Assembly (NCBI GenBank): GCA_963422735.1
Contig: OY730476.1
Span: forward strand, 704,001 to 768,000
Direction of reading: 5' to 3'
Source: Candidatus Latescibacterota bacterium
Lineage (GTDB): Bacteria > Latescibacterota > UBA2968 > UBA8231
Length of the DNA stretch: 64,000 nucleotides
Part shown: piece by piece, positions 37,627 through 47,364 of the stretch
Layout of the letters: each line of letters opens with the position of its first letter
Position numbering within the stretch: position 1 is the stretch's first letter
The notes under the pieces: generated by a model
The model's database searches: none
What the model saw: only the letters and a program-made list of their open reading frames with translations
What the model was told of the DNA's origin: nothing
Position numbers and translations under genes: made by a program

Positions 37627-38607
37627 ATGAGCGAAACACTTAATCCGGTCGTCAACAGGCTGACGCCAACTCCAGCGTTAGCATTAGCAGCGGACGATCC
37701 TTTGGAACAATTTCTCAGCGGCCAACTCAGCGAGCGCACGCGGCGTGCGTATTACGCTGATCTCCAGCATTTCTTTTTTTCTATCGGCATGGAGCTAAAT
37801 GAAGTCTCCCTCACCATCTTGCAGTCAATCACCTTTGAGCACGTGGTCGCCTTTAGAAATCAACTCGCCAGCGCAGGCTACAAACGCAGCAGCATCAACA
37901 GAAAATTGTCCAGCCTGAAGTCGTTGTTCAAGATGTTAGTCGCTTTAGGCCACATTGAGAAAAATCCCGCTGACTCCACCTTGGTACGCGGCTACAAGGT
38001 GGACGAAACACTGGCCGGCAAAGCGCTTTCTAATGAGGTGCTGAATAAGCTCCAGCAAGCTATTGCCCAAGAAAAAGACGACTTGGTCCGCACTCGGGAT
38101 GCGGCCATGTTCCATTTGCTCACTTTTGGCGGGCTGCGCCGCTCCGAAGTGGCAGGGGTCGCTTGGGAGGATATATCCTTGGAGGGCGTTTTTCACATCC
38201 TGAACCTGCCCCAAACTAAATCAGGCGTGGCTCAGGAAATCAAACTACAAAACATCGTCTTACATTATCTCGAACTATACAAACAACAACTACAAGTAGC
38301 GGGCTTGCCGACGACCGGCAAGGTCTTTATCAGCCTGTCGCGCAACCATTCTCACGGCCAGCCGCTGACTGACCAATCGGTCAATCACATCGTCAAGAAG
38401 TACGCCCTGCGCGTCGGCCTCTCCCAAAACGTCACCGCGCACATGTTCCGCCACACCTGCTGCACCTTGGCGATTGAAGGCGGAGCCAAGCCCCAGCAGG
38501 TGCAAGCCCATTTGCGTCACAAGGATCTAAAGACAACCATGCGCTACTACGAAAATCGCGAGAAGCTGCTCGATAATGCGTCTGATTATATTAGGATTAG
38601 TAGTTGA
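37627..38607 (+). CDS. Tyrosine recombinase (Xer-like size, not canonical XerC/XerD)
   Basis: SERTRRAY N-domain; GLRRSEV (R), TKSG (K), HMFRH, LRH and TTMRY catalytic set intact. Confidence 0.92.
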   Translation: MSETLNPVVNRLTPTPALALAADDPLEQFLSGQLSERTRRAYYADLQHFFFSIGMELNEVSLTILQSITFEHVVAFRNQLASAGYKRSSINRKLSSLKSLFKMLVALGHIEKNPADSTLVRGYKVDETLAGKALSNEVLNKLQQAIAQEKDDLVRTRDAAMFHLLTFGGLRRSEVAGVAWEDISLEGVFHILNLPQTKSGVAQEIKLQNIVLHYLELYKQQLQVAGLPTTGKVFISLSRNHSHGQPLTDQSVNHIVKKYALRVGLSQNVTAHMFRHTCCTLAIEGGAKPQQVQAHLRHKDLKTTMRYYENREKLLDNASDYIRISS

Positions 38608-38615
38608 TTATTTTT

Positions 38616-38643
38616 TGTTTACATATTAAATAGTATAAGACAT
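38616..38643 (-). repeat. dif-like site D: ATGTCTTATAC-TATTTA-ATATGTAAACA (candidate chromosomal dif)
   Basis: 8 bp after the recombinase stop, abuts the leuS stop, lies where gene orientation converges. Confidence 0.75.
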
Positions 38644-41573
38644 TACACCACGATATTTACAATTTTATTCGGCACCCATATAAACCGTTTTATCGCTGTC
38701 TCATCTGCTACGTATTTCTGGATGCTCTCCATGTCGAGCACCAAGGATTTTATCTCATCTTCTCCGGTGTGGACCGGCACTTCGACTTGGCCGCGCATTT
38801 TGCCATTAACCTGAATGGGCAAAACGATCGTGTCCTCGGCGGCTTTTGCTGCATCCCACTCGGGCCAGTTCCGGCGACTGACCCCTTCCGTCCCGAAACC
38901 CGCCATTTCCCATAGCTCCTCGGCAATGTGCGGAGCAAAGGGCGCGAGCAGGATCAAGAAGGGCTTAGCGATGGCCTGTGGCACCTCGTCTAAAGGAACC
39001 AACAGGTTGTTTAACTCGATCAAGGCGGCAATGGCCGTATTAAACCGAAGCCCCTCTATATCCTCGGTTACCTTTTGGATGGTTTGATGCAGCTTTCTTT
39101 CCAGCTCCGGCGCAAGCGCAGTGCTCTCCCCTATTTTCACCTGTCGATCCGCATCGACAAAGTTGCGCCAAACGCGCTGCAAGAAGCGCTGCATCCCGCG
39201 AATGCCTTCCATGCTCCACGGCGCACTCGCTTCGAGCGGCCCCATGTACATTTCGTACAGCCGCAAAGTATCCACGCCAAATTCCTCGCCAACCTCTTCG
39301 GGCGGCAGCCCGTTTTTGTAACGTTTGCCCATTTTGCCGGGAGACCGGCGCAGCGTCTTCCCCGTCCCTTTCTCAATAGGCTCTCCGTCGCGGAACTCAA
39401 CTTCGCGAATGTCGATATACACGCCGCGATCGTCCTGAAAAGCATCTGCGGTCATCATACCTTGATTGAACAGCTTCTTAAACGGCTCGGGCGTGGATAC
39501 GTGCCCTAAGTCGTAGAGGGCCTTGTGCCAAAACCGGGCGTAGAGCAAGTGCAACACGGCGTGTTCAGCGCCGCCGATGTAGAGATCAACGGGCATGAAG
39601 TAGCCCTCCTTGGCCAAGTCGCAGAAGGCTTCTTCGTTGTGTGGGTCAATAAAGCGGAGATAGTACCAGCAAGAACCGGCCCATTGGGGCATGACATTGA
39701 GTTCGCGCTGGCAGGCCACCCCGTCAATTTCCACCGTCATCCACTCCGCTCCGGCCCGGTGCAGCGGAGGCGAAACGGGGCGGGCGGGATCGTCGGAGGT
39801 CTCCGGTCTAAAATCCTCTATATCCGGCAGTGCCACCGGAGGCGCGACCGCTACGGAATATCCATCGGGATGCGTGGCCAGTGGAAAAGGTTCGCCCCAA
39901 TAGCGCTGCCGCGCGAAGGTCCAGTCGCGCAGTTTGTGGTTTACCGCAGATTGGCCGCGCCCTTGGGCGACTAGTGCAGCGACAATCTGGACTTTGGCCG
40001 CGGCCGTTGGCAATCCGTTAATGGCATACGGACTATCGCCGCTATCATCCTTCCGTGACGGAGGCGAATTGATCGCGGTTCCCTCCCCAGCATACCACTC
40101 TGTCTCGCCAGCACTGGCGAGACAGAGCACGGTCTCCTCTTCCCCGGTAACTACCTTCACAATGTCCAAGTTATAGGCAGTGGCGAAGGCGAAATCGCGC
40201 TCGTCGTGGGCCGGCACGGCCATAATCGCTCCCGAGCCGTAGTCCATACTGATGTAGTCGGCGACGAAAACGGGAATTTTTTGTCCACTGACTGGATTGC
40301 GGGCGTAGATGCCGGAGAAGATGCCCGTTTTTTCCTCGGTTTCATCTGCAGTGGAGACAGCAGCCTGAGCGACGTACTGGGCTACAGCTTCCCGAATGGG
40401 ATTCCCTCCCCCCTTCCCCTTCCACTGCTGAGGCGTCCTGTCGGGCCAAGTGCTGGGAACCAAGTAGGATTCCTCAGCAGGATCCACCAGCGGATGCTGA
40501 GGCGCAACGGCCATAAAGGTCGCCCCAAAGAGCGTATCGGGCCGGGTCGTGAACACGGGTAACTGCCCAGCGACCACATCGCTTTGCGGATCGAGGATAT
40601 CAAAGTACACTTCAGCCCCTTCGCTACGACCAATCCAGTTGCGCTGCATCCGCTTGATAGGTTCTGGCCAATCGAGCCGGAAGGGCTCGCCGTTGCGATC
40701 CTCTAGCTCGAAGTCCAAGTCCTCTAAGAGCCGCTCGGCGTAGGCTGTTATACGCATTGTCCACTGCCGCAGCGGTTTGCGATATACGGGAAAAGCGCCC
40801 CGCTCGCTGCGGCCTTCGTTGGTTACCTCCTCGTTGGCCAACACAGTGCCCAAGCCTGGGCACCAGTTGACGACGGCCTCTTGTTGGTACGCTAGCCGGT
40901 AGTTGTTTAGCACGGCTTGGTGCTCGGCCGCACTGAGTGCTGACCAGTCAGCATCAGTGCCGAGTACTTCGCGATCTGCAACCGACAATGCCCTGCCAGC
41001 CGCAAATTGGTCCTCTAAGTCGGCGATAGGCTTGGCCCGCCCTTTTATTTGCCGTCTATTGCCGTCTTCCCAGATCTCGTCTGCGTCGAAATAGCTATCG
41101 AAAAGTTGGGCAAAAATCCACTGGGTCCAGCGGTAGTACGATACCCGCGACGTGACCTGTTCGCGGGCCCAGTCAAACGACAGCCCGAGGAACTGCAATT
41201 GGCCGCGCATCGCATCAATATTTTGCTCGGTAACAGCCGCTGGATGAATGTTGTGTTCGATGGCGTATTGCTCGGCCGGCAATCCGAAACTGTCGAACCC
41301 CATCGGATGCAGGACGTTAAATCCCTGCATCCTTTTGTAGCGGCTGTAGATGTCGCTGGCGATATACCCTTTGGGATGGCCGATGTGCAACCCCGCGCCG
41401 CTTGGATAGGGAAACATATCGAGGACGTAGCACTTGGGTTTGCTGTCATCGAAACCGGGGTCTCCCGGTCCCAGCGTTTGATAAGTCTTCTCCTGATCCC
41501 AGTGGGACCGCCATTTGGCTTCGATAGTTTGGAAGTTGTAGTTGTATTGGCCTTTTTTTGATTTTGTTGACAT
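38643..41573 (-). CDS. leuS: Leucine--tRNA ligase
   Basis: LDMFPYPSGAGLHIGH, TTRPDT, GGAEHAVLHLLYARFW and KMGKR. Confidence 0.96.
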   Translation of the reverse strand: MSTKSKKGQYNYNFQTIEAKWRSHWDQEKTYQTLGPGDPGFDDSKPKCYVLDMFPYPSGAGLHIGHPKGYIASDIYSRYKRMQGFNVLHPMGFDSFGLPAEQYAIEHNIHPAAVTEQNIDAMRGQLQFLGLSFDWAREQVTSRVSYYRWTQWIFAQLFDSYFDADEIWEDGNRRQIKGRAKPIADLEDQFAAGRALSVADREVLGTDADWSALSAAEHQAVLNNYRLAYQQEAVVNWCPGLGTVLANEEVTNEGRSERGAFPVYRKPLRQWTMRITAYAERLLEDLDFELEDRNGEPFRLDWPEPIKRMQRNWIGRSEGAEVYFDILDPQSDVVAGQLPVFTTRPDTLFGATFMAVAPQHPLVDPAEESYLVPSTWPDRTPQQWKGKGGGNPIREAVAQYVAQAAVSTADETEEKTGIFSGIYARNPVSGQKIPVFVADYISMDYGSGAIMAVPAHDERDFAFATAYNLDIVKVVTGEEETVLCLASAGETEWYAGEGTAINSPPSRKDDSGDSPYAINGLPTAAAKVQIVAALVAQGRGQSAVNHKLRDWTFARQRYWGEPFPLATHPDGYSVAVAPPVALPDIEDFRPETSDDPARPVSPPLHRAGAEWMTVEIDGVACQRELNVMPQWAGSCWYYLRFIDPHNEEAFCDLAKEGYFMPVDLYIGGAEHAVLHLLYARFWHKALYDLGHVSTPEPFKKLFNQGMMTADAFQDDRGVYIDIREVEFRDGEPIEKGTGKTLRRSPGKMGKRYKNGLPPEEVGEEFGVDTLRLYEMYMGPLEASAPWSMEGIRGMQRFLQRVWRNFVDADRQVKIGESTALAPELERKLHQTIQKVTEDIEGLRFNTAIAALIELNNLLVPLDEVPQAIAKPFLILLAPFAPHIAEELWEMAGFGTEGVSRRNWPEWDAAKAAEDTIVLPIQVNGKMRGQVEVPVHTGEDEIKSLVLDMESIQKYVADETAIKRFIWVPNKIVNIVV

Positions 41574-41592
41574 AATAATCCTTATAAGACAC
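41565..41592 (-). repeat. dif-like site E: GTGTCTTATAA-GGATTA-TTATGTCAACA
   Basis: Begins right after the asnS stop; the right arm contains the leuS ATG. Confidence 0.72.
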
Positions 41593-42897
41593 TTATGGAT
41601 AGAGGCGCTGCATCATGCGCGGAAATGGAATGGTCTCGCGCACATGCTTGACGCCGCACAACCAAGCGACCACCCGCTCGATTCCCATGCCAAAGCCAGC
41701 GTGCTCTACCGAGCCATAGCGCCGCAAGTCGAGATACCAACTAAAGGCTTCTAGGGGCAACTGATGCGCGGCGATCTTGGGCTGCAAGACGGCGAGATCG
41801 TCTTCGCGTTGCCCGCCTCCGATGATTTCCCCGTATCCTTCGGGAGCCAACAGGTCCATGCACAGGGCCAAGCGGCGATCTTGGGCATCTTCCTTCATGT
41901 AGAATGCTTTGACTGCGCTGGGATAGCGGTGGACGAAAACCGGTGACTCAAACTCGGAGGCGAGGACGGTTTCATCGTCCCCACCCAGATCACTCCCCCA
42001 TGTGATGTCGTTACCAAGAGCTGTCAAGCGCTCGACAGCTTCATCGTACGTTATGTGCGGAAAGGGCCGGCTGATCCGTTCCAGCTTGGCGATGTCTCGG
42101 TCGAGGTGCTTTAGCTCTTCGCGGCGGCGGTTGAGCACGCGGTCGAGCACGTACAGGACCATGTCCTCGGCTAAGACCATAGCACCCTCTAAATCGCAAT
42201 ACGCCATTTCCGGCTCGATCATCCAGAACTCGGTCAGGTGCCGGCGAGTCTTGGACTTTTCAGCGCGGAATGTCGGCCCAAAACAATAGACCTTACCCAA
42301 GGCCATGGCGGCTGCTTCCATATAGAGCTGACCGCTCTGGGTCAAATAAGCCGTGTCGTCGAAATACGCGGTCTCAAACAGGGTCGAGGTCCCTTCACAG
42401 GCCGCAGGCGTAAAAATCGGCGCATCGACGAGAACAAAGCCGCGCACTTCCATGAAGTCGCGGCAGGCTTTGCAAATTTCGCTGCGGATCTTGAGAATGG
42501 CCCCGGGCCGCCTCGACCGCAGCCACAAGTGGCGGTGGTCGAGGAGAAAGGACACCCCGTGTTCCTTGGGGGCGATGGGGTATGGCTCGGCCTCCTGCAC
42601 GACGTCGAGGTGGCAGACCCCCACCTCATAGCCGATGGGCGCACGCGCCTCCCGCCGCACTTGGCCGCGGACTACGAGCGAAGATTCTTGGGGCAAGTGA
42701 TCGCACCGCTCGAATAACTCGGACTCGACATCCCCCTTAAAAACAACGCATTGTACCACGCCGCTGCCGTCGCGTAGCTGCAGAAAATGCAGCTTGCCGC
42801 TGGAGCGCTTGTTGTACAACCAACCGCGCAGTTTTACTTCTCGACCCTCGTAGCGGCCGATGTCAGCCACCTGAATCGACTCCATTTGCTTATTCAT
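41593..42897 (-). CDS. asnS: Asparagine--tRNA ligase
   Basis: [35 protein letters not shown] and GFGMGIER. Confidence 0.93.
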   Translation of the reverse strand: MNKQMESIQVADIGRYEGREVKLRGWLYNKRSSGKLHFLQLRDGSGVVQCVVFKGDVESELFERCDHLPQESSLVVRGQVRREARAPIGYEVGVCHLDVVQEAEPYPIAPKEHGVSFLLDHRHLWLRSRRPGAILKIRSEICKACRDFMEVRGFVLVDAPIFTPAACEGTSTLFETAYFDDTAYLTQSGQLYMEAAAMALGKVYCFGPTFRAEKSKTRRHLTEFWMIEPEMAYCDLEGAMVLAEDMVLYVLDRVLNRRREELKHLDRDIAKLERISRPFPHITYDEAVERLTALGNDITWGSDLGGDDETVLASEFESPVFVHRYPSAVKAFYMKEDAQDRRLALCMDLLAPEGYGEIIGGGQREDDLAVLQPKIAAHQLPLEAFSWYLDLRRYGSVEHAGFGMGIERVVAWLCGVKHVRETIPFPRMMQRLYP

Positions 42898-42912
42898 ATA
42901 CCATATAATAGG

Positions 42913-42941
42913 AAAAGACTATCGAGATGGACTCGATAGCC
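42913..42941 (-). terminator. Terminator after pnp
   Basis: GGCTATCGAG-TCCAT-CTCGATAGTC-TTTT on the minus strand. Confidence 0.65.
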
Positions 42942-42969
42942 TTCTCATCCTGTGGCTTAAGACCAACAC

Positions 42970-45039
42970 CTACTTCTTTAGTAGGGCCTTGTGGCTGAGC
43001 CGCATCTTGCCGCCGGTGTCGATTTCGAGGACCTTGACGGCGATCGTGTCCCCTTGTCCAACGACATCCTCAACCTTGTCCACGCGCCGATGCGCTAGCT
43101 CGGAGATGTGCAACAGGCCCTCCTTGCCGGGCAGAATCTCGACGAAGGCTCCAAAGGGCATGACCCGCTTGACCACCCCGTCGTACTCTTTACCGACCTC
43201 GGCGTCGGCGGTGATTGCCTCAATCATGCGCCGAGCCTGTTCGGCTGGACCGGCCTCAACAGAGGCAATGGTAATCGTGCCGTCTTCATCAACATTGACC
43301 GTGGCACCGGTCTTTTCGATCTCGCGGATGGTTTTGCCACCTGGTCCGATGACCGCGCCGATTTTGCTCTGGTCGATCTTGACAAACTCAATGCGCGGTG
43401 CCCAGCGCGAAAGTTCGGGCCGCGCCTCGCTCAGGCATTCGTTCATACTAGCTAAGACCTTGTCGCGCCCCTCCTTGGCGCGATCGAGGGCCTCCTTGAA
43501 AATATCGAGCTGCAAGCCTTGGATTTTAATATCCATCTGGATCGCGGTAATCCCGTCCTTGGTGCCAGCGACCTTGAGGTCCATGTCGCCGAGAAAATCT
43601 TCGGCGTCGCGGATGTCGGTCAGCAGCTCGTACTCGTCCCCCTCCTTGACTAAGCCCACGCCCGTGCCGCATACCGCGGTTTTGACGGGAATTCCGGCGT
43701 CCATCAAGGCGAGGGAGCAGCCACACACCGTGGCCATGGAACTGGAGCTGCTCGACTCGGTAATATCCGACACCAACCGAATCGTATAGGGAAAGGACTC
43801 GACCGATGGGATAACCGGTTCTAGGGCGCGTTCGGCCAGATGACCGTGGCCGATATCCCGACGCCCTGGACCGCGCTCAAAGCGCACTTCGCCGACCGAA
43901 TACGGAGGAAAGTTGTAATCTAAATAATAGGACTTAAACCGCTTGCCCTGCAGGTCGTCGGCCATGCGCTCGTCTAGCTTGGTACCCAGCGTTGCCACGC
44001 AGAGCGCTTGCGTCTGCCCACGGGTAAAAAGTGCCGATCCGTGCGTCCGCGGCAACACAGTGCTTTCGCAGGCGACGTCGCGCACAGCATCAAGCGCCCG
44101 CCCGTCGATGCGCCGCTTCTCCTCGATGATCATGGTGCGCATGTCGGCCTTGAGCAGCACCTCCAACTCGTCCTTGATATGCTTTTCAGAGTCTGGAAAG
44201 CGCTCGGCCAAGCTCCCCAAGACCTCGGCATTAATCGCGTCGATGCGCTCTTGTCGCTCTTCTTTGAGCGGGCTTCTGTTGGCCTCGGCGATCCGCTCTT
44301 GCGCCAGCTCGGCTACGGCATGGACCAGTTCGGGATCGGCTTCCTCGATCTCAATGGCAATCTTCTCCTTGCCGACTTCGGCGACAAGCTGCTCCTGTAA
44401 CTCGGCCAATTCGGCGATGCACTCGTGGCCAAAGGCCAGCGCATCCACTAGATCTTGCTCGGCAATCTCGTGGGCACCTCCTTCGACGCTGACGATGGAA
44501 TCGGCCGTGCCACAAACTATGATTTCGAGATCAGAATCATCTAGCTCGGCGGAGGTTGGATTGGCGACGAACTCGCCGTTGAGCCGCCCGACTCGCACGG
44601 CTCCCATGGGGCCGGCAAAGGGAATGTCGGAGATACTCAGGGCCGCCGAGGCCCCGATCAAACCCAAGACATCGGCGTCGTTTTCTCTGTCGTACGAAAA
44701 CACCGAAACATAGACTTGGATCTCATAGGGGAACTTCTTGGGAAACATCGGCCGAATGGGATGATCTATTAATCGAGCACTCAGGGTCTCCTTTTCGGAG
44801 GGGCGCCCTTCGCGCTTGAAGATGTTGCCCGGTATCTTGCCGCCAGCGTAGGCTTTTTCCCGGTAATCGACGATCAAGGGCAAAAAGCCCCGATCCTCCG
44901 GGGTCTTAGTCCGACAGGCCGTTACGAGCACTACGGTCTCCCCGTATTGCAGCCACACGGCCCCGTTGGCTTGCTTGGCGATTCTGCCCGTTTCGATCGA
45001 CAGACTCCGCCCGCCTATTTCACATTCGAGTTTAGTCAT
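42970..45039 (-). CDS. pnp: Polyribonucleotide nucleotidyltransferase
   Basis: ETGRIAKQANG, HGSALFTRGQTQ, GDMDLKVAG, KH and S1 domains. Confidence 0.96.
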   Translation of the reverse strand: MTKLECEIGGRSLSIETGRIAKQANGAVWLQYGETVVLVTACRTKTPEDRGFLPLIVDYREKAYAGGKIPGNIFKREGRPSEKETLSARLIDHPIRPMFPKKFPYEIQVYVSVFSYDRENDADVLGLIGASAALSISDIPFAGPMGAVRVGRLNGEFVANPTSAELDDSDLEIIVCGTADSIVSVEGGAHEIAEQDLVDALAFGHECIAELAELQEQLVAEVGKEKIAIEIEEADPELVHAVAELAQERIAEANRSPLKEERQERIDAINAEVLGSLAERFPDSEKHIKDELEVLLKADMRTMIIEEKRRIDGRALDAVRDVACESTVLPRTHGSALFTRGQTQALCVATLGTKLDERMADDLQGKRFKSYYLDYNFPPYSVGEVRFERGPGRRDIGHGHLAERALEPVIPSVESFPYTIRLVSDITESSSSSSMATVCGCSLALMDAGIPVKTAVCGTGVGLVKEGDEYELLTDIRDAEDFLGDMDLKVAGTKDGITAIQMDIKIQGLQLDIFKEALDRAKEGRDKVLASMNECLSEARPELSRWAPRIEFVKIDQSKIGAVIGPGGKTIREIEKTGATVNVDEDGTITIASVEAGPAEQARRMIEAITADAEVGKEYDGVVKRVMPFGAFVEILPGKEGLLHISELAHRRVDKVEDVVGQGDTIAVKVLEIDTGGKMRLSHKALLKK

Positions 45040-45128
45040 TAGATATATCTTTTGCTCTTTCCTTTAGGGTTTTAAGATCTGTGCAACACCCGTTCCAACG
45101 AGCACTGCGGTGAGTCGCTCAGTACGAG

Positions 45129-45401
45129 CTAACGGCGCAATCCAAGATCGCGGATCAACGCCGCATACGCTTGCGGGTTTTTCTTGTGGTAGTAGCTCTG
45201 CAATCGCCTCCTTTTGCCTATGAGTGTGAGTAACCCCCGCCGCGTGGCAAAGTCCTTTTGCTGGTCTTTGAGGTGTTCGGTCAGGTTCCGGATGCGCTCG
45301 GTGAGAATAGCAATCTGCACCGGGGCGGATCCAGGGCCACCCTCTTGGCCGAACTTATCGATCAGTACTTTCTTGCGTTCAGTTGTTATCGACACCTTCA
45401 A
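45129..45401 (-). CDS. rpsO: 30S ribosomal protein S15 (true start may be a few codons downstream)
   Basis: GS..VQIAILTERI..LTEH, RRGLL and LGLRR. Confidence 0.93.
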   Translation of the reverse strand: MKVSITTERKKVLIDKFGQEGGPGSAPVQIAILTERIRNLTEHLKDQQKDFATRRGLLTLIGKRRRLQSYYHKKNPQAYAALIRDLGLRR

Positions 45402-45817
45402 CCTCCGTATTTCGCGCCGAGCTTTCCACCTTCAGCACTAGAGGAGAACAGGGCACGTGCTTGGTGAATATCTCTGCGGATTTGCGCTACCAGCTCGTCT
45501 GGACAGGCAAATGCGCGTTGGTCGCGCAGCTTTTTTACGAGGACGACCTGTAGGTTTTGTCCGTAGAGGTCGCCGGCAAAATCGAGTATGTGCAACTCGA
45601 CGACTATGGCTGCTTCGACAAATGTAGGCCGGGGGCCGATATGGGCCACGGCCTGGAAAACCCGACTGTTAGGGTATTGCACTTCAGCGGCAAATACCCC
45701 CTGCGGCAGGGGCTTATCGCCTTGAGGCAGCAAATTCGCCGTGGGAAACCCCAGTGTTCTACCGCGTCCTTGGCCCCTCGTGACGCGGCCGGAAAAATGA
45801 ACGCTAGCGCACTCCAT
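45398..45817 (-). CDS. Riboflavin kinase (RibF C-terminal domain only)
   Basis: GRGRTLGFPTAN, GPRPTF and ELHILDF..DLYG. Confidence 0.88.
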   Translation of the reverse strand: MECASVHFSGRVTRGQGRGRTLGFPTANLLPQGDKPLPQGVFAAEVQYPNSRVFQAVAHIGPRPTFVEAAIVVELHILDFAGDLYGQNLQVVLVKKLRDQRAFACPDELVAQIRRDIHQARALFSSSAEGGKLGAKYGG

Positions 45818-46714
45818 CTAAGGTTGGCGCAAAACGCAAAGGGGTCGCAACGCCCCCTTCTCCCACCGTGCGAGGCCAAACAAGGTTTCCGTAGCGTCAA
45901 AAACCGCGCAGACTTCGCGCGGCCCTGTGCCAACTGGATGCTCTATCGCCTTCCCATGGGCGAAATCGACCAGCTTGCCTTCGTTCAGCTCGACGGCCGC
46001 TAGCTCACTCAGCGCCAGTCGAGGATGGACGAGGGCCTTTTCAATTTGGCCCGCTCTACTGAGGCTTATTACTTGCTCCAATGTTAGGGCTTTGTCCAGC
46101 CCGAGACCACCGGCGCGGATCCGGCGCAATGCCGCCAAATAGGCACCGGTCCCCAAGGTGTGCCCCAGATCGGCGGCCAACGAGCGAATGTACGTTCCCG
46201 CAGAGCAGTGGATTCTCACGCTGAGTATAGGGAAATCGTAGCCGAGCAGGTCCATTGCGTGGATGTGAACCTGGCGAGCTTTGAGAACGACCTCATCCCC
46301 GCGACGTGCCCTCTTGTACGAGCGCACCCCGGCTACCTTTATAGCTGAATGCGCCGGCGGCACTTGGTCTATGGCACCCGTAAAATCGCGCAGGGCTTGG
46401 GCCACGCTTTGGTCGTCGGGAGGCGCACAGTCTTCTTGGAGGTAAATCGGGCCCTCAGCATCGCCTGTGGCACTTACAGCCCCCAGACAAATCTCGGCCT
46501 CATATTCCTTATCCGCGCCGCTGAGCCACCGGTTGAGCCGGGTATAACGCCCCAAGCAAACGACCAAGACGCCGCTGGCCAAGGGGTCCAGCGTGCCGCA
46601 GTGACCAATGCGCCGCAACTGCAATAGGCGTCTGAGCGAGGCGATTACGTCGTGGGAAGTGGGGCCTTTGTCTTTGTCGATGACCAAAACCCCGGTCAAG
46701 GCCGGATCAGCCAT
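45818..46714 (-). CDS. truB: tRNA pseudouridine(55) synthase
   Basis: TSHDV, GHCGTLDPLASGVL and GTYIRSL. Confidence 0.95.
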   Translation of the reverse strand: MADPALTGVLVIDKDKGPTSHDVIASLRRLLQLRRIGHCGTLDPLASGVLVVCLGRYTRLNRWLSGADKEYEAEICLGAVSATGDAEGPIYLQEDCAPPDDQSVAQALRDFTGAIDQVPPAHSAIKVAGVRSYKRARRGDEVVLKARQVHIHAMDLLGYDFPILSVRIHCSAGTYIRSLAADLGHTLGTGAYLAALRRIRAGGLGLDKALTLEQVISLSRAGQIEKALVHPRLALSELAAVELNEGKLVDFAHGKAIEHPVGTGPREVCAVFDATETLFGLARWEKGALRPLCVLRQP

Positions 46715-47060
46715 GCTGCGCTCCACCGAGGCTATCGATCAGGGCTGTGACGTGCGCGGCGCGCTCGGTGGTGTCGTCGTATGCAACCCCCAACTGAGGT
46801 GCGTAGCGCAAGCGCATGCGCTGGGCGATTTTTCGACGCATAAAACCCAAGCCCCGGTGCATTCCTTGGAGTACCTGCTTTTTGTCGTCTGCGTTGCCGA
46901 GTGTGCTGACAAAGATTGTGGCATAGCTCATGTCGGCGGAGAGTTCTACATCAACAACTTGGACTAGCTGCAGCCTCGGATCCTTCATCCGCCCTACGAT
47001 GTCGGTTAGCTCGCGCAGCAACTGACCGCGCACTCGGCTAATTCGTTGAGGGGAGGCCAC
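46707..47060 (-). CDS. rbfA: Ribosome-binding factor A
   Basis: KDPRL, VELSADMSYA and LRYAPQL; operon position. Confidence 0.9.
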   Translation of the reverse strand: MASPQRISRVRGQLLRELTDIVGRMKDPRLQLVQVVDVELSADMSYATIFVSTLGNADDKKQVLQGMHRGLGFMRRKIAQRMRLRYAPQLGVAYDDTTERAAHVTALIDSLGGAQHG

Positions 47061-47066
47061 CTGCGC

Positions 47067-47348
47067 TCAGTGTACTTCCATTTGGTAGTCGAGGATATGC
47101 ACCCGGGCATCGCCTTCGACGAAGTTGACGATTTTGGTTAGCATCTCGTCGCAGTGTTCAACGGCCGAACTCACCACGGCAACCCCCAGCACCGCCCGCT
47201 GCCAGAGCGCGTGGTCATCTACTTCGGCCACGGCCGCGTTAAAGCGGTTGCGGATGCGCCCCTTGAGGCTATTGAGGACTTGCCGCTTGTCTTTGAGCGA
47301 ATGGCTATCGCCGATATAGATTTGCACCGCACAACTCATAACGATCAA
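47067..47348 (-). CDS. DUF503 (YlxP) protein
   Basis: SLKDKRQVL..RFN..VAEV..D.W.R. Confidence 0.85.
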   Translation of the reverse strand: MIVMSCAVQIYIGDSHSLKDKRQVLNSLKGRIRNRFNAAVAEVDDHALWQRAVLGVAVVSSAVEHCDEMLTKIVNFVEGDARVHILDYQMEVH

Positions 47349-47364
47349 AACAGAGCAACCGCCC

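Noticed and set aside
37482-38643. Prophage, ICE or class-1-type integron around the recombinase
   Set aside because: No phage, conjugation or transposase genes, no attC-like hairpins seen, no IntI-type insertion evident, and the flanks are core genes.
42889-42916. Possible seventh dif-like site over the asnS start (TTTTCCTATTA-TATGGT-ATATGAATAAG, minus strand)
   Set aside because: The right arm lacks the TGT core and the left arm overlaps the pnp terminator U-tract; kept only as a weak candidate.
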